NCBI GenBank assembly: GCA_015491865.1
Contig: WFVD01000004.1
Span: 17,294-81,293, forward strand
Length of the DNA stretch: 64,000 nt
Source of the DNA: Gammaproteobacteria bacterium
GTDB taxonomy: Bacteria; Pseudomonadota; Gammaproteobacteria; SZUA-140
Direction of reading: 5' to 3'
Shown here: piece by piece, positions 1 to 12,001 of the stretch
Layout of the letters: each line of letters opens with the position of its first letter
How positions within the stretch are numbered: the stretch's first letter is position 1
Made by a program: the position numbers and the translations under genes
Notes under the pieces: generated by a model
The model's database searches: none
What the model was told of the DNA's origin: nothing
What the model saw: only the letters and a program-made list of their open reading frames with translations

Positions 1-156
1 AACTTCTATTTGATTCCGTAGATTGCAATAAATCAGCTAACAAAAGCAATCAACTCGGACCTAATTCCCCGCTAAAAAAGCCACGCTGACCGCCAGAGCC
101 GCCGTTTTCTGTGCTATATTGCGCGATTGCGTAAAAAAACAGCCGATTAAAGCTCG

Positions 157-2061
157 ATGACAACCACTGAAAAGCGATACCCACTGCTACATAAAATCGA
201 TTCCCCCGCAGACCTGCGCCAGCTTGCCGAAACAGAGCTGGAGCCGTTGGCGCACGAGCTGCGCAACTTTCTGATCCAGTCGGTCTCTAAAACGGGTGGG
301 CACCTCTCATCAAGCCTCGGCACGGTTGAGCTGACTGTGGCACTCCATTATGTCTACAACACCCCCGACGACCGTCTGGTGTGGGATGTCGGCCACCAGG
401 CCTACCCACACAAGATCCTCACCGGACGACGTGAGCGCATGGATACGCTGCGCAAAAAAGACGGCCTGTGCGGTTTTATCAAGCGAGATGAGAGCGAATA
501 TGACACCTTTGGTGTCGGCCACTCCAGCACCTCAATCAGTGCAGCGCTGGGGATGGCAATTGCCGCGCAGAAGAGCGGCAGCCACCGTAAAGCCGTTGCC
601 ATCATTGGCGATGGTGCGATGACCGCCGGGATGGCCTTTGAGGCACTCAACCACGCGGGACATCTCGACAATGACCTGCTGGTGATCCTCAATGATAACG
701 AGATGTCGATCTCGCCCAATGTCGGCGGCATGTCTAACTACCTTGCCAAGCTGCTCTCCGGCAAACTCTACACCTCGGTGCGCGAAAGCGGCAAAAAGGT
801 GCTTAGCGTTGTGCCACCGATGCGTGAACTGGCGCGTCGTGCCGAAGAGCATATGAAAGGGATGGTGATCCCCGGCACACTGTTTGAAGAGCTGGGTTTT
901 CACTACTACGGCCCGGTTGATGGACATGATATTCCAACCCTGATCACCACCCTGCAAAACCTGCAGCAGCATAAGGGGCCGCAGTTTCTCCATGTGGTGA
1001 CTAAAAAAGGGCGCGGCTATCAACCGGCCGAAGAGAACCCCTGCACCTATCACGGTGTGACCCCTTTTGATCCCAGCAACGGCAGGATGCACCCGAGTCA
1101 GGCCAGCGGCCCCAGCTACACCGAAGTTTTTGGCGAGTGGTTATGCGACATGGCGAAAGAGGAACCGAACCTCATTGCGATCACCCCTGCGATGTGCGAA
1201 GGCTCCGGCATGGTGAAGTTCTCTCGTCTCTTTGCCGACCGTTTTTATGATGTCGGCATCGCGGAACAGCACGCCGTCACCCTCGCCGCCGGACTCGCCT
1301 GTGACGGCATCAAACCGGTGGTCGCCATCTACTCAACCTTTCTACAACGCGCCTATGATCAGCTCATTCATGATGTCGCGATTCAGAACCTGCCGGTGAT
1401 CTTTGCGATCGACCGTGCGGGACTGGTCGGTGCTGATGGCGCGACCCACGCGGGCAGCTTCGATCTCAGCTATCTGCGCTGTATCCCCAACATGGTGGTC
1501 ATGGCGCCGAGTGATGAAAATGAATGCCGTCAGATGCTCTATACAGCGGTCAGACACAACGGCCCCACTGCGGTGCGCTATCCACGCGGTCGCGGCCCCG
1601 GCACTACAGTTGAAAAGAAAATGGAGCCGCTTGAGCTGGGTAAAGGGCGCATCCTGCGTCAGGGAAGCGCTGTCGCTATTCTCGCCTTCGGCAGTCGCGT
1701 ACAGGCCGCACTTGCGGCAGCGGATGAACTCAACGCGACCGTGGTCGATATGCGCTTTGTCAAACCGATCGATGAGGCGCTGATTGTGACAATGGCCAGC
1801 AGCCACGAGCTGCTGCTGACCATCGAAGAAAATGTCGTGATGGGGGGCGCGGGCAGCGCGGTGAATGAGGTGCTGGTCGCGCACAACATCACAAGAGCAC
1901 TCATCAACCTCGGGCTGCCCGATGAATACTGGGAACAGGGCGAGCACGAATCGCTACTGGAAGCCTACGGCCTCGGCCAGGAAGGGATCATCAACGCCGT
2001 AAATCACTTTCATCAACAGGCGTCTTGCAATACAATAGCCGCTCGCACCAATCCCTACTAA
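157..2061 (+). CDS. dxs: 1-deoxy-D-xylulose-5-phosphate synthase
   Basis: [28 protein letters not shown] motif GDGAMTAG...[26 protein letters not shown]. Confidence 0.98.
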   Translation: MTTTEKRYPLLHKIDSPADLRQLAETELEPLAHELRNFLIQSVSKTGGHLSSSLGTVELTVALHYVYNTPDDRLVWDVGHQAYPHKILTGRRERMDTLRKKDGLCGFIKRDESEYDTFGVGHSSTSISAALGMAIAAQKSGSHRKAVAIIGDGAMTAGMAFEALNHAGHLDNDLLVILNDNEMSISPNVGGMSNYLAKLLSGKLYTSVRESGKKVLSVVPPMRELARRAEEHMKGMVIPGTLFEELGFHYYGPVDGHDIPTLITTLQNLQQHKGPQFLHVVTKKGRGYQPAEENPCTYHGVTPFDPSNGRMHPSQASGPSYTEVFGEWLCDMAKEEPNLIAITPAMCEGSGMVKFSRLFADRFYDVGIAEQHAVTLAAGLACDGIKPVVAIYSTFLQRAYDQLIHDVAIQNLPVIFAIDRAGLVGADGATHAGSFDLSYLRCIPNMVVMAPSDENECRQMLYTAVRHNGPTAVRYPRGRGPGTTVEKKMEPLELGKGRILRQGSAVAILAFGSRVQAALAAADELNATVVDMRFVKPIDEALIVTMASSHELLLTIEENVVMGGAGSAVNEVLVAHNITRALINLGLPDEYWEQGEHESLLEAYGLGQEGIINAVNHFHQQASCNTIAARTNPY

Positions 2062-2080
2062 TTCAGTCAAGATTATAAAC

Positions 2081-2467
2081 ATGCCCGCTCGTTACACGCT
2101 CAAGATTATTACCGACTTCGCCGCTGCACATTCGCTGCGCAACTACCCCGGCGACTGCTGCCGTCTGCACGGCCACAACTGGAAGGTGGAAGCCGAGGTG
2201 GTCTGCAGCAAGCTCGATGAGCTTGGCATCGGCATCGACTTTAAGACCATCAAAAAAGAGACCAATGCGCTGGCAGATCAACTGGATCACCGTTACCTCA
2301 ATGAGGTGCCACCGTTTGATAAGATCAACCCAACAGCAGAAAATATCGCGGCCTTTCTTTATCAGGGACTGTCAGAAAAACTGAACAGCGAGGTGCTGCG
2401 GGTTAGCGCGATCACATTATGGGAAACCGAACGCGCCTGTGTGCGTTATTCTGAGGATGAAGCGTAA
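2081..2467 (+). CDS. queD: 6-carboxy-5,6,7,8-tetrahydropterin synthase (PTPS family)
   Basis: [30 protein letters not shown] motifs. Confidence 0.95.
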   Translation: MPARYTLKIITDFAAAHSLRNYPGDCCRLHGHNWKVEAEVVCSKLDELGIGIDFKTIKKETNALADQLDHRYLNEVPPFDKINPTAENIAAFLYQGLSEKLNSEVLRVSAITLWETERACVRYSEDEA

Positions 2468-3255
2468 TGAACGACACCACACAGATCGCAGATGTACAGA
2501 ACAATCCGGACAACCGCCAGATTCCGATCAATAAAGTCGGCATTAAAGATATCCGCCACCCGGTGCGGGTAAAAGATCGCAGCGAAGGCGAGCAGCACAC
2601 CATCGCCACATTCAACATGTATGTCGATCTGCCACACAATTTTAAAGGGACGCATATGTCCCGCTTCGTAAAACTGCTCAATTCAAATGAGCGTGAGATC
2701 AGTGTTGAGTCGTTTGATGAGATCATGGTTAACATGGCAACACTGCTGGATGCGGAGTCTGGCCATATCGAAATGAGCTTCCCCTACTTCATCAATAAAG
2801 AGGCGCCGATCAGCAAGGTCAAGAGCCTGCTCGACTATGATGTCACCCTGATTGGTGAAATCACCGGTGGAAAAACAGTGATGACGATTAAAGTCGTCGT
2901 GCCTGTTACCAGCCTCTGCCCCTGCTCCAAAGAGATTTCAGATTATGGTGCACACAATCAGCGATCACATGTGACCGTCACTGCGCGCACCGAAGGCTTT
3001 GTGTGGATTGAAGACCTGATCGATATCGTCGAACAGGAGGCCTCGTGTGAAATCTTTGGTCTACTGAAACGCCCCGATGAAAAGTTTGTAACTGAACGCG
3101 CCTACGACAACCCGAAATTTGTTGAAGACATGGTGCGCGATGTTGCAGCGCGCCTGAATGCCGATGAGCGCATCACCGCTTATACGCTAGAATCAGAGAA
3201 CTTTGAGTCGATCCACAACCACTCTGCCTACGCGTTGATTGAGAAAGTGAAATAG
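2467..3255 (+). CDS. folE2: GTP cyclohydrolase IB (FolE2)
   Basis: [46 protein letters not shown] overlap with queD. Confidence 0.96.
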   Translation: MNDTTQIADVQNNPDNRQIPINKVGIKDIRHPVRVKDRSEGEQHTIATFNMYVDLPHNFKGTHMSRFVKLLNSNEREISVESFDEIMVNMATLLDAESGHIEMSFPYFINKEAPISKVKSLLDYDVTLIGEITGGKTVMTIKVVVPVTSLCPCSKEISDYGAHNQRSHVTVTARTEGFVWIEDLIDIVEQEASCEIFGLLKRPDEKFVTERAYDNPKFVEDMVRDVAARLNADERITAYTLESENFESIHNHSAYALIEKVK

Positions 3256-3420
3256 AGAAAACCTCCCCTGGCATTGCCCGCCCGATCAAAGCGTAGGGCT
3301 TACCTGCTTGCTAAAGGTGAACGAAAACCGATAATATCCTGTTTGCTATTTGGCTAAATAAGCTTTATATGTGATTATGCGTTATTTTCTGTCTTAAGAC
3401 AGGCTAATAGAGACCTTTGC

Positions 3421-5910
3421 ATGATCAGGCTAAATCGAATAAATAACTTTATTCGCACCCTCACCGGACGCATGGTGATGGGCGAGCTACTGATTCACTC
3501 CATTCTAATTCCCATACTCTTCATTGGCATCAACGTTATTGTTACTGATGGTTACAAAACCCGCTTCATTGAGCAGGTTCATGCAAAATCGGAACTGCTG
3601 GCCAACATCATCGCTCATAACATTAGCCAGCAGAACATTCAGAACCTGCTCAATGAAGCGGTTAATAGCAACCAAATTATCTCCGCCCAGCTGCTTTATG
3701 AGAACGGCACGGTCATTCAGAGCCAGCCTACCTCTCATGCGTTACCACCTTTTAAAGAGGATCGTTTCTTTGAGCAGCACAAGGATAATATTTTCCATGT
3801 CGCCACCCCGCTAACCACCCGTGAGGGGCTCCCAGCAACGCTGCAGATCAGCTTCGATGAAACCCCGATTGCAACACAGATTCAGAACACCTACCTGGCC
3901 AGCATTCTACTCGCCTGCGCCTATATTCTGATCACATTGATACTTTCCGGCCTGCTTGGACAACAACTCACGCGGCCGATTCGAAAGCTGCGCGACGATG
4001 CACGCGCGATCGCTCATGGCAATACCGACAAACAGCTCAACGTCACCTCTTCCATCTCGGAAGTGGCCAGCCTGACTGATAACCTTGAAACAATGAAAAA
4101 GGCGCTCATCCAGCATAGCCAGGATTCCATAGCACGAGAAGCGCACCTGCGCTCGGTGATGGATAATGTTGTTGACGGCATCATCATCACCAATACCAAT
4201 GGCATGATTGAGTCACTCAACCCTGCGGCTATCAATCTCTTTGACTACACCAAGGGTGAACTGATTGATGAACACATCAATGTTCTGCTGGACGTGAGCG
4301 CTCTGCTTGAAATAGAACCCTCTTCCAGCAGCAGTGAAAGCAGCTTTGCGACCCCACCCCAGGGTCTTCAGGAAACTGAGGGATACCGTAAAAGTGGCGC
4401 AATCTTTCCGCTAGAAGTCGCCATTAGCAAAATGATTGTCAATCAGCAAACACATTACATCTACGTCACTCACGATATCACCGCCCGGAAGAACGCCGAG
4501 CAGCAACTTTTACAGCTGCACAACGAGCTTGAACGCCGCGTGATCGTACGCACCAGTGAACTGGCCGCGGCAAATGAGGAGCTAGAACACCAGGCACTGC
4601 ATGACTCTCTCACTGATCTGCCAAACCGTGTCCTGCTGCTGGACCGTCTTAACCAGGCGATCCTTGCAAACCAGCGTAGCGAGAGTAAACTCGCGCTCTT
4701 TATGATCGACCTTGATCGCTTTAAAGAGATCAACGACACCCTTGGCCATCACTATGGTGACATCATCCTGCAGCAGGTTGCTAACCGCATGCGTGAAGTG
4801 CTGCATCAGTCCAGCACTGTTGCACGCCTTGGTGGTGATGAGTTTGCAATACTGCTGCCCGCTGTTGAGGGCACCAGAGAACCGACCACCATCGCCAAAG
4901 CGATTATTCATGCCATCGACCAGCCCTTCCTTCTTGAAGAGCAGGCGTTTCATGTCGGCGCCAGTATTGGGGTTGCGCTATTTCCTGAGCACGGCACCGA
5001 CACTTCGACACTGATGCGCCATGCTGATGTTGCGATGTATGTCACCAAAAATAACAATAGTGGTAACTTCACCTTCTACGATTCATCTTTAGACCAGCAT
5101 AGCCGTGACCGCCTGGCACTCACCACCGAGCTTCGACACGCCATCGACAACGATGAACTACTGCTCCACTACCAGCCGAAGATAGACTTCAAGAGCGGTA
5201 ACGTCGCCGAGGTTGAAGCGCTAGTGCGCTGGCAGCACCCCCGTTTTGGCTTGATGACCCCGGACCACTTTATTTCGCTATCGGAACATACCGGGCTGAT
5301 CAAGCCGCTCACGCTCTGGGTCATACATGCCGCTCTGAGCACCTGCCGTGAATGGCATCACATGGGGCACAAACTCAAGGTTGCGGTGAATTTATCAACC
5401 CACAATCTCCATGATCCGCAGCTGATCGACCACATCAAAACGACCTGCCTCGATTGTGAAGTTGATCCAGGCTATCTGGTACTTGAGATCACTGAAAGCG
5501 CCATCATGTCAGACCCTGTCTGTGCGATGAAGATCCTGGGCGAGCTCTCCGAAATGGGGGTCAACCTCTCCATCGATGACTTTGGAACCGGCTACTCTTC
5601 ACTCGCCTATCTTAAACAGCTCCCGATGGATGAGATTAAGATTGATAAATCATTTGTGATCGACATGATCAGCGACAAAGATGACTATATCATCGTTCGT
5701 TCAACCATTGATCTTGCACATAACATGGGGCGTAAGGTGATTGCAGAGGGGGTTGAGTCACCAGAGATCTGGGAGATACTCAACCGAATGGGGTGCGACA
5801 TGGCGCAGGGCAACTACATCACCCCGGCGCTCTCAACCAGTGAGTTTTCTCAGTGGCTCCAGGGTTCATCGTGGAGTCTTCCCCGGACTAATCAGTCCAA
5901 TGTGAGTTAG
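3421..5910 (+). CDS. Membrane HAMP-PAS-GGDEF-EAL c-di-GMP signalling protein
   Basis: Two hydrophobic segments, HAMP (LTRPIRKL), PAS (DGIIITN...DITARK), intact GGDEF, EAL and DDFGTGYSS. Confidence 0.93.
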   Translation: MIRLNRINNFIRTLTGRMVMGELLIHSILIPILFIGINVIVTDGYKTRFIEQVHAKSELLANIIAHNISQQNIQNLLNEAVNSNQIISAQLLYENGTVIQSQPTSHALPPFKEDRFFEQHKDNIFHVATPLTTREGLPATLQISFDETPIATQIQNTYLASILLACAYILITLILSGLLGQQLTRPIRKLRDDARAIAHGNTDKQLNVTSSISEVASLTDNLETMKKALIQHSQDSIAREAHLRSVMDNVVDGIIITNTNGMIESLNPAAINLFDYTKGELIDEHINVLLDVSALLEIEPSSSSSESSFATPPQGLQETEGYRKSGAIFPLEVAISKMIVNQQTHYIYVTHDITARKNAEQQLLQLHNELERRVIVRTSELAAANEELEHQALHDSLTDLPNRVLLLDRLNQAILANQRSESKLALFMIDLDRFKEINDTLGHHYGDIILQQVANRMREVLHQSSTVARLGGDEFAILLPAVEGTREPTTIAKAIIHAIDQPFLLEEQAFHVGASIGVALFPEHGTDTSTLMRHADVAMYVTKNNNSGNFTFYDSSLDQHSRDRLALTTELRHAIDNDELLLHYQPKIDFKSGNVAEVEALVRWQHPRFGLMTPDHFISLSEHTGLIKPLTLWVIHAALSTCREWHHMGHKLKVAVNLSTHNLHDPQLIDHIKTTCLDCEVDPGYLVLEITESAIMSDPVCAMKILGELSEMGVNLSIDDFGTGYSSLAYLKQLPMDEIKIDKSFVIDMISDKDDYIIVRSTIDLAHNMGRKVIAEGVESPEIWEILNRMGCDMAQGNYITPALSTSEFSQWLQGSSWSLPRTNQSNVS

Positions 5911-6395
5911 CCGACAAACAGTGCGACCATGTGCAGCACCAGCCAGGCGAACAGCGCGGCAACCACATCGTCCAGCATGATTCCAAGGCCGCCATCCACC
6001 TTGCGGTCGATCACTTTGATCGGCCACGGCTTCCAGATATCAAACAGGCGAAAAAGGATAAACCCTAGCACGACCCACTGCCATCCAGATGGCGCGGCGA
6101 TCATGGTGAGCAGATAGCCTGCGATTTCGTCCCACACTATGCCGGGGTGGTCATGAACCCCAAGGGTTTTCGCTGAGTGATCACAGAGCCAGATGCCGAC
6201 TAGCGTCACTGCAATTGAGATCACAACATAGGCGAGCAACGGAAGCGGCTCTAATAACAGATAAAGTGGTACCGCAACCAATGTGCCCACTGTCCCCGGC
6301 GCATATTTTGATAATCCTGCGCCGAAACCAAGGGCGATAAAATTAACCGGATCTTTCAGATCCGATAACAGCAGTCTTCTATTTATCTTGCTCAT
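5907..6395 (-). CDS. pgpA: Phosphatidylglycerophosphatase A
   Basis: APGTVGT, HDHPGIVWDE, FRLFDIWKPWPI, GGLGIMLDD; follows thiL. Confidence 0.96.
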   Translation of the reverse strand: MSKINRRLLLSDLKDPVNFIALGFGAGLSKYAPGTVGTLVAVPLYLLLEPLPLLAYVVISIAVTLVGIWLCDHSAKTLGVHDHPGIVWDEIAGYLLTMIAAPSGWQWVVLGFILFRLFDIWKPWPIKVIDRKVDGGLGIMLDDVVAALFAWLVLHMVALFVG

Positions 6396-7384
6396 CGGAA
6401 ATGCTCATAACCCGGTTGTTCTATTTGAATCAGCTCACCATTTTTCTGCACGCAGCGTAGCCCTGGCCCTTCATCGATCACCCCAATACACTGTGCAACA
6501 ACCCCCTGCTGCGATAGCCGCCGTTGCAGTGCCGCCCGCTTCTCCGCACTGATTGTAAAGCAGAGCTCATAGTCGTCCCCCGCTGAGAGCGGCAACACCT
6601 GCCAGGTTTTGTCGCAAAGTGATTGCGCCACTTTATCTGTTCGACACATACGAAAGGCCGATGAGAGCGGCAGCGCATCCAGCTTAATCTGGCCACCCAC
6701 CTTACTCGCTTTCAGGATATGGCCAAGATCACTCAGCAACCCATCCGATAGATCGATCGCGGCGTTCACCAGACCACGGAGCGACCGCGCCTCTTCCACT
6801 CTCGGCGTCGGTTTCTCCAGGCGAGCCAACAACTCATCACAATAGCGCGGAGGGAATGGTAAGGATTGCTCCCTTGCCTGCAGTGCCAGCCCGGCGTCGC
6901 CGAGTGTACCTGTGACATAGATCAGATCACCAACCTTCGCGCCATCGCGCCGCCACGCCCGCCCTTGCTCGACAAAACCCAGCGCCTGCACGCTAATCGA
7001 GAGTGGACCGCTGGTGGTGTCGCCACCGATTAACTGCACTCCGTGACGAGCGGCTAACGCTGAAAAACCGGCGCTAAACTCGCGCAGCCACGCTTCGTCA
7101 ACATCCGGTAGCGTCAGTGCAAGTGTCACCCAGGCTGGGCTGGCACCCATCGCAGCGAGGTCACTCAGGTTAACGGCGAGTGCTTTATGCCCCAGCGAGT
7201 AAGGGGAGACGTCAGGAAAAAAGTGAACACCAGAGACCAGAGTGTCTGTTGATACAACCAGCTCATGCCCCGCAGGCGGTGAAAGAATCGCCGCATCATC
7301 ACCCACACCCAGCACCACATCACCACGCGGACAACCAACTGCGCTGAAATAACGCTCGATCAATTCAAATTCCATTACGGACAT
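6392..7384 (-). CDS. thiL: Thiamine-monophosphate kinase
   Basis: EFELIERYF, GDDAA, AVNLSDLAAMG, GGDT, AIDLSDGL, GDDYEL; start taken at ATG 7384 (7375 possible) rather than 7411. Confidence 0.95.
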   Translation of the reverse strand: MSVMEFELIERYFSAVGCPRGDVVLGVGDDAAILSPPAGHELVVSTDTLVSGVHFFPDVSPYSLGHKALAVNLSDLAAMGASPAWVTLALTLPDVDEAWLREFSAGFSALAARHGVQLIGGDTTSGPLSISVQALGFVEQGRAWRRDGAKVGDLIYVTGTLGDAGLALQAREQSLPFPPRYCDELLARLEKPTPRVEEARSLRGLVNAAIDLSDGLLSDLGHILKASKVGGQIKLDALPLSSAFRMCRTDKVAQSLCDKTWQVLPLSAGDDYELCFTISAEKRAALQRRLSQQGVVAQCIGVIDEGPGLRCVQKNGELIQIEQPGYEHFR

Positions 7385-7442
7385 AAGCGAGACTTCCGCA
7401 TCGATATTCATCAGATGAACAAACTGATATCGCTATGAGTCG

Positions 7443-7880
7443 CTACCTGGATGACCTCTTCTGCTTGAACTCAGCCGTGCGAAGCGTAGCGGCCAGTTTA
7501 TCCAGTACGCCATTCACATATTTATGGCCCTGGTCGGCACCGAAGGTTTTGGCCAGCTCAACCGCTTCATTGATCACCACTCGATAAGGCACTTCGATGT
7601 GATAGTGAAGCTCATAAACTCCCAGCCGCATGATCGCCAGCTCAACTGGGTCGAGGCTCTCAATAGAGCGATCTAATGCAGGGGCCAGTAGCGCATCGAT
7701 CGTATCGACCTGCTTCACGACACCACTCAGCAAGCCACGAAAATAGCTTGCATCGACCTTTTTGCTATCTTTATCTTCCAGAATCTGCGCGGCGACCTCT
7801 GCAACATCCGTCGCACTCAACTGCCACTGATATAACGCCTGCACCGCACAACGGCGCGCCTGACTACGTGTTCGACTCAT
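7443..7880 (-). CDS. nusB: Transcription antitermination factor NusB
   Basis: RSQARRCAVQALYQ, VVINEAVELAKTFG, KYVNGVLD. Confidence 0.97.
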   Translation of the reverse strand: MSRTRSQARRCAVQALYQWQLSATDVAEVAAQILEDKDSKKVDASYFRGLLSGVVKQVDTIDALLAPALDRSIESLDPVELAIMRLGVYELHYHIEVPYRVVINEAVELAKTFGADQGHKYVNGVLDKLAATLRTAEFKQKRSSR

Positions 7881-7911
7881 AATACCTTTTACAACAATAA
7901 AAACTAAAAAA

Positions 7912-8391
7912 TTATGCGTCTAACACCTGCATAAGACTCGCCATTTCAATGGCGGCGATGGCAGCTTCTGCCCCTTTGTTTCCCGCCTTGGTACCGGCAC
8001 GTTCAATCGCCTGTTCGATGGTATCAACCGTCAGGACACCAAAGGCCACGGGAATATCATACGCCAGTGCCGTCGATGAAATGCCTTTGACACATTCACC
8101 TGCAACGTAATCAAAATGAGGCGTTCCGCCCCGGATAACAGCACCAACGGTAATCACCGCATCGTAACGTTTGCTTGCCGCAACCTTTTTAACCACGACG
8201 GGGAGTTCAAAAGCGCCGGGGACCTGAACGATATCGATGTTTTCATCCGCCACGCCGTGCTGTTTAAGAGTGGCCAGCGCACCTTTTACCAGCTGGTCAA
8301 CAATGAAGCTATTAAACTTGGCGGCCACAATCACAAAACGTCTGTTTGCCACGCTGAGATCACCTTCAAAGGTTTTAATCGTCATATTCAT
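7912..8391 (-). CDS. ribH: 6,7-dimethyl-8-ribityllumazine synthase
   Basis: [38 protein letters not shown]. Confidence 0.97.
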   Translation of the reverse strand: MNMTIKTFEGDLSVANRRFVIVAAKFNSFIVDQLVKGALATLKQHGVADENIDIVQVPGAFELPVVVKKVAASKRYDAVITVGAVIRGGTPHFDYVAGECVKGISSTALAYDIPVAFGVLTVDTIEQAIERAGTKAGNKGAEAAIAAIEMASLMQVLDA

Positions 8392-8436
8392 TACTCACAA
8401 CAAAATTTTATTAACCGCGCCATCGAGATTATAAAC

Positions 8437-9549
8437 TTAATGACACGACACATATTCTACTATCTCCAGACCAAACCCAGAGAGGCCGTGCAGGCGCTTC
8501 GGCTGCCCCAGCACACGCATCTCGTGAACCCCAACATCCAGCAGGATCTGTGCGCCAACCCCATAGGTTCGCAGTTCATTTCCATGCGCCGGCTGCGGCT
8601 GGTTAATACCTCGCTCACGTAACTGGTAATCCATCACCTGTCGAATGGTTGCACTGGCATCGAGCACTTTTCTGAGGATCACGATCACACCAGCCCCCTC
8701 TTTTACGACACGCGCCATCGCTGCCTGCAGTGGCCAGGCACCATCAAGGCGATCTGCACACAACATATCGGCAAGATGATCTTCGAGGTGAACACGCACC
8801 AGCACCGGCTTGTCTAACTGGGGTTCACCGTAAATCAGCGCCAGATGTAGCTGTCCATCCACCACATCCTGATAGGAGAGCAGTCTAAAAGTACCATACC
8901 GTGTGGAGAGAGTACATTCAGCGACACGTTCCACTGTCTTTTCATGCTGCACCCGGTAGTGAATCAGGTCGGCAATCGCCCCCATTTTCAAGCCGTGCTC
9001 CTGTGCAAACAGCTCCAGTTCAGGGCGGCGCGCCATGGTGCCATCTTCACTGAGAATTTCGACAATCACACTGGCCGGCTCCAGCCCTGCCAGACGCGCG
9101 AGATCACACCCCGCTTCGGTATGACCGGCGCGGGTCAGTACCCCGCCATCCTGCGCCATCAATGGAAAAATATGACCCGGCTGGGTGATGTCATCGGCAC
9201 TTGCATCGGCTTTTACCGCCGCCAGCACGGTGGTCGCACGGTCAGCGGCTGAAATACCGGTGGTAACCCCTTCCGCCGCCTCGATTGAAACTGTGAAGTT
9301 AGTTGCGTGATTACTATGGGTACCACTCACCATCAACGGTAAATTGAGCTGGTTGCAGCGGCTGCGTGTTAATGTCAGGCAGATCAGGCCACGGCCATAT
9401 CGCGCCATAAAATTGATTGCGTCTGCCGTGACTGCGGTCGCCGCCATTACCAGATCACCTTCATTTTCGCGATCTTCATCATCGACCAGTACAACCATAC
9501 GCCCCTGGCGGATCTCTTCGATGATCGTTTCTGCACTACTCAAGGCCAT
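8437..9549 (-). CDS. ribB: DHBP synthase fused to a degenerate GTP cyclohydrolase II-like domain (RibBX type)
   Basis: N-terminal [27 protein letters not shown]-terminal domain has LVRVH and GVGAQIL but lacks the Zn-binding Cys motif. Confidence 0.92.
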   Translation of the reverse strand: MALSSAETIIEEIRQGRMVVLVDDEDRENEGDLVMAATAVTADAINFMARYGRGLICLTLTRSRCNQLNLPLMVSGTHSNHATNFTVSIEAAEGVTTGISAADRATTVLAAVKADASADDITQPGHIFPLMAQDGGVLTRAGHTEAGCDLARLAGLEPASVIVEILSEDGTMARRPELELFAQEHGLKMGAIADLIHYRVQHEKTVERVAECTLSTRYGTFRLLSYQDVVDGQLHLALIYGEPQLDKPVLVRVHLEDHLADMLCADRLDGAWPLQAAMARVVKEGAGVIVILRKVLDASATIRQVMDYQLRERGINQPQPAHGNELRTYGVGAQILLDVGVHEMRVLGQPKRLHGLSGFGLEIVEYVSCH

Positions 9550-9583
9550 CTAATTTAAACTCCGTTGACTGGCGAACTGATCA

Positions 9584-10246
9584 TCAATCACCAAATCCCT
9601 GTGACAGAAGAAATTCGCGAGAGATAATCGATGATGACTCTGCTTGATCCTGGCGCCCCCCCTGCAGCAGCCGCTCAAGATAACGCGCCACCACATCGAC
9701 CTCAATATTGACTCGACGCCCCTGCTGGTAATCACCAATAATAGTCTGCTGCTGGGTGTGCGGAATGATGTTCACCTCAAACCTGTTGCCGCTCACCACA
9801 TTGGTTGTCAGACTCACACCATCGACACAGATAGAACCTTTGGGCGCGATATATTTCGATAGCAGCGGTGGTACCTCAAACGCAATCATAATCGACTCAT
9901 TCTGCGGCCTGATGCTGGCGACCTCTGCCACCCCATCGACATGGCCACTGACCATATGCCCCCCCAGCCGTGTCGTCGGCAACAGCGCCTTCTCAAGGTT
10001 TACCCGACTACCCGCCTGAAGCGCACCCAGCGTTGTACAGGCAACTGTTTCAGCTGACACATCGGCGCAAAACGCGCGCTCTGTTTTACTCACAACCGTC
10101 AGGCAGACGCCGTTGACCGCGATGCTATCACCCAGCTGCGTATCATTCAGCCCCAGTGATGTCGCCGCAAACGTCATGCGCGACTCACCCCTTCTATTTT
10201 CGACTGAGATGAGCTGACCGACCGCCTCTATCAATCCTGTAAACAT
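9584..10246 (-). CDS. ribE: Riboflavin synthase (alpha chain)
   Basis: Diagnostic N-terminus MFTG at ATG 10246; GDSIAVNGVCLT, GGHMVSGHVD, KGSICVDGVSLT. Confidence 0.96.
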   Translation of the reverse strand: MFTGLIEAVGQLISVENRRGESRMTFAATSLGLNDTQLGDSIAVNGVCLTVVSKTERAFCADVSAETVACTTLGALQAGSRVNLEKALLPTTRLGGHMVSGHVDGVAEVASIRPQNESIMIAFEVPPLLSKYIAPKGSICVDGVSLTTNVVSGNRFEVNIIPHTQQQTIIGDYQQGRRVNIEVDVVARYLERLLQGGRQDQAESSSIISREFLLSQGFGD

Positions 10247-10313
10247 ATCTGCCTCGTTATTCGCTTTGAGTCCCTTGCTCGGAAAATAGTTTCCGTACAG
10301 GGCGCTCTCATTT

Positions 10314-11462
10314 CTATGCCGCCGGCCGAAGTGTGATTCGCCAGTTATCACCCACCGCGCGTATCTCTTTTGTCTCCAGCGTTATGCGCTGCGACATCTG
10401 TTCAAGACCCGGCAGGGTCATTAACCCTTGCGCCTGATCACCCATCAGGTGCGGTGCCATGTAGAGCACCAGCTCATCGATTAAACCGGCCTGTAACATT
10501 GCGCCACTTAACAGTGGCCCCGCTTCAACCATCAACTCATTGATCTCGAGTGCGGCCAGGTAGTCCAGTAACAGCGGCAGATTGACCCGTTGGTCATCCC
10601 CCGCAAAGCGACACACATTAACACGCTTCTGCTGTAACACATTGAGTATCTCGGAATACTCGACCGCCGTTGCAATCAGTTTTCTACCCGGTAACCCCAG
10701 GGTACGGCTCGCCAGCGGGGTACGCAGTGTCGAATCGACAATCACTCGCAGTGGCGGTTTGATCTCGCCCGCCAGCACCACATGCAGCTCATCAACCCCT
10801 TCGGGACGGACATCCAGTTGCGGATCATCCGCCAGCAGGGTACCGATGCCGGTCATGATGGCATCACTGCGTGCGCGCAGCCGCTGCACATCGCGGCGCG
10901 CTGCTGCTGAGGTGATCCATTTACTCTCACCCGACGCCATCGCTGTGCGTCCATCCAGCGACATCGCCAGCTTGCAGCGCACAAATGGGCGACCGCGCGT
11001 AAAACGCGAAATAAACCCCGGGTTCAATGCCGCCGCCTCAGCCTGCAACACCCCCTCTGCTACCTCGATACCTGCCGCCCTGAGTGCGGCGATCCCTTTA
11101 CCGGCAACCTGTGGATTCGGATCACTCATCGCCACCACCACCCGCTTCACCCCCGCTTTGACCAGTGCTTTGGCACAGGGGGGGGTACGACCAAAGTGGC
11201 TGCACGGTTCAAGCGTGACATAGACCGTTGCTGCAGCGCTGCGCTCAGCCGCGGCGTTCAGCGCATGCACCTCGGCGTGCGGCTCACCAGCACGCATGTG
11301 CCACCCCTCACCCACGATTTCATCCTGCCGCACAACAACGCAGCCAACACGCGGGTTGGGGTGGGTCGTATAGATGCCACGCTGCGCGAGCTGAATCGCC
11401 CGCGCCATAAAAAGATGATCGACATCTTTGCTCTTAGTCACGCTACTCTTTATCACGCTCAC
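10314..11462 (-). CDS. ribD: Bifunctional riboflavin deaminase/reductase
   Basis: [36 protein letters not shown]. Confidence 0.97.
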   Translation of the reverse strand: MSVIKSSVTKSKDVDHLFMARAIQLAQRGIYTTHPNPRVGCVVVRQDEIVGEGWHMRAGEPHAEVHALNAAAERSAAATVYVTLEPCSHFGRTPPCAKALVKAGVKRVVVAMSDPNPQVAGKGIAALRAAGIEVAEGVLQAEAAALNPGFISRFTRGRPFVRCKLAMSLDGRTAMASGESKWITSAAARRDVQRLRARSDAIMTGIGTLLADDPQLDVRPEGVDELHVVLAGEIKPPLRVIVDSTLRTPLASRTLGLPGRKLIATAVEYSEILNVLQQKRVNVCRFAGDDQRVNLPLLLDYLAALEINELMVEAGPLLSGAMLQAGLIDELVLYMAPHLMGDQAQGLMTLPGLEQMSQRITLETKEIRAVGDNWRITLRPAA

Positions 11463-11955
11463 CTGGTAACAAGGTTATCTGACGCTTTTTCAACTCGGGC
11501 GATGACTCATTCTGTAACCGTTCAATCTCTTCGCGAAAGGCATTCACATCCTGAAAACTGCGGTAGACCGAAGCAAAGCGGACATAGGCCACTTCATCCA
11601 GATCCCGCAGTTCGGCCATCACCCACTCACCCAGCTGACTTGAGGGCAGCTCACGCTCACCACTGGCACGCAGTTTATGTTTGATGCGGTTAATGGCCGT
11701 ATCGATATCCTCAATATTGACCGGACGTTTTTCCATCGCCCGTAACACCCCGGCACGCAGTTTCTCCTCGTGAAAAGGCTCTCTTGTACCGTCATTTTTC
11801 ACCATCCGGGGCAGTGCAAGCTCCGCTGTCTCAAAGGTCGTGAAGCGCTCGCTACAGGTGACACATTCACGCCGGCGACGCACCACATCACCATCGCTGG
11901 CAAGACGGGAGTCAATCACTTTGGTATCAGCTTCACCACAGAATGGGCAGTGCAT
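11443..11955 (-). CDS. nrdR: Transcriptional repressor NrdR
   Basis: MHCPFC, RRRREC..C, ATP cone, [10 protein letters not shown]. Confidence 0.97.
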   Translation of the reverse strand: MHCPFCGEADTKVIDSRLASDGDVVRRRRECVTCSERFTTFETAELALPRMVKNDGTREPFHEEKLRAGVLRAMEKRPVNIEDIDTAINRIKHKLRASGERELPSSQLGEWVMAELRDLDEVAYVRFASVYRSFQDVNAFREEIERLQNESSPELKKRQITLLPGERDKE

Positions 11956-12001
11956 ATTGGAGCTCTCAACGTAGCGAGAAAGTAATCGGAACTATACATC
12001 A

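Noticed and set aside
3308..3335. Sigma28 promoter upstream of the GGDEF-EAL gene (TAAA...ACCGATAA)
   Set aside because: Spacer is 11 bp rather than 15; TTGCTA-N16-GATAAT (sigma70) explains it equally well.
10247..10351. N-terminal extension of riboflavin synthase
   Set aside because: The family requires MFTG at the N-terminus, and the extension overlaps ribD.
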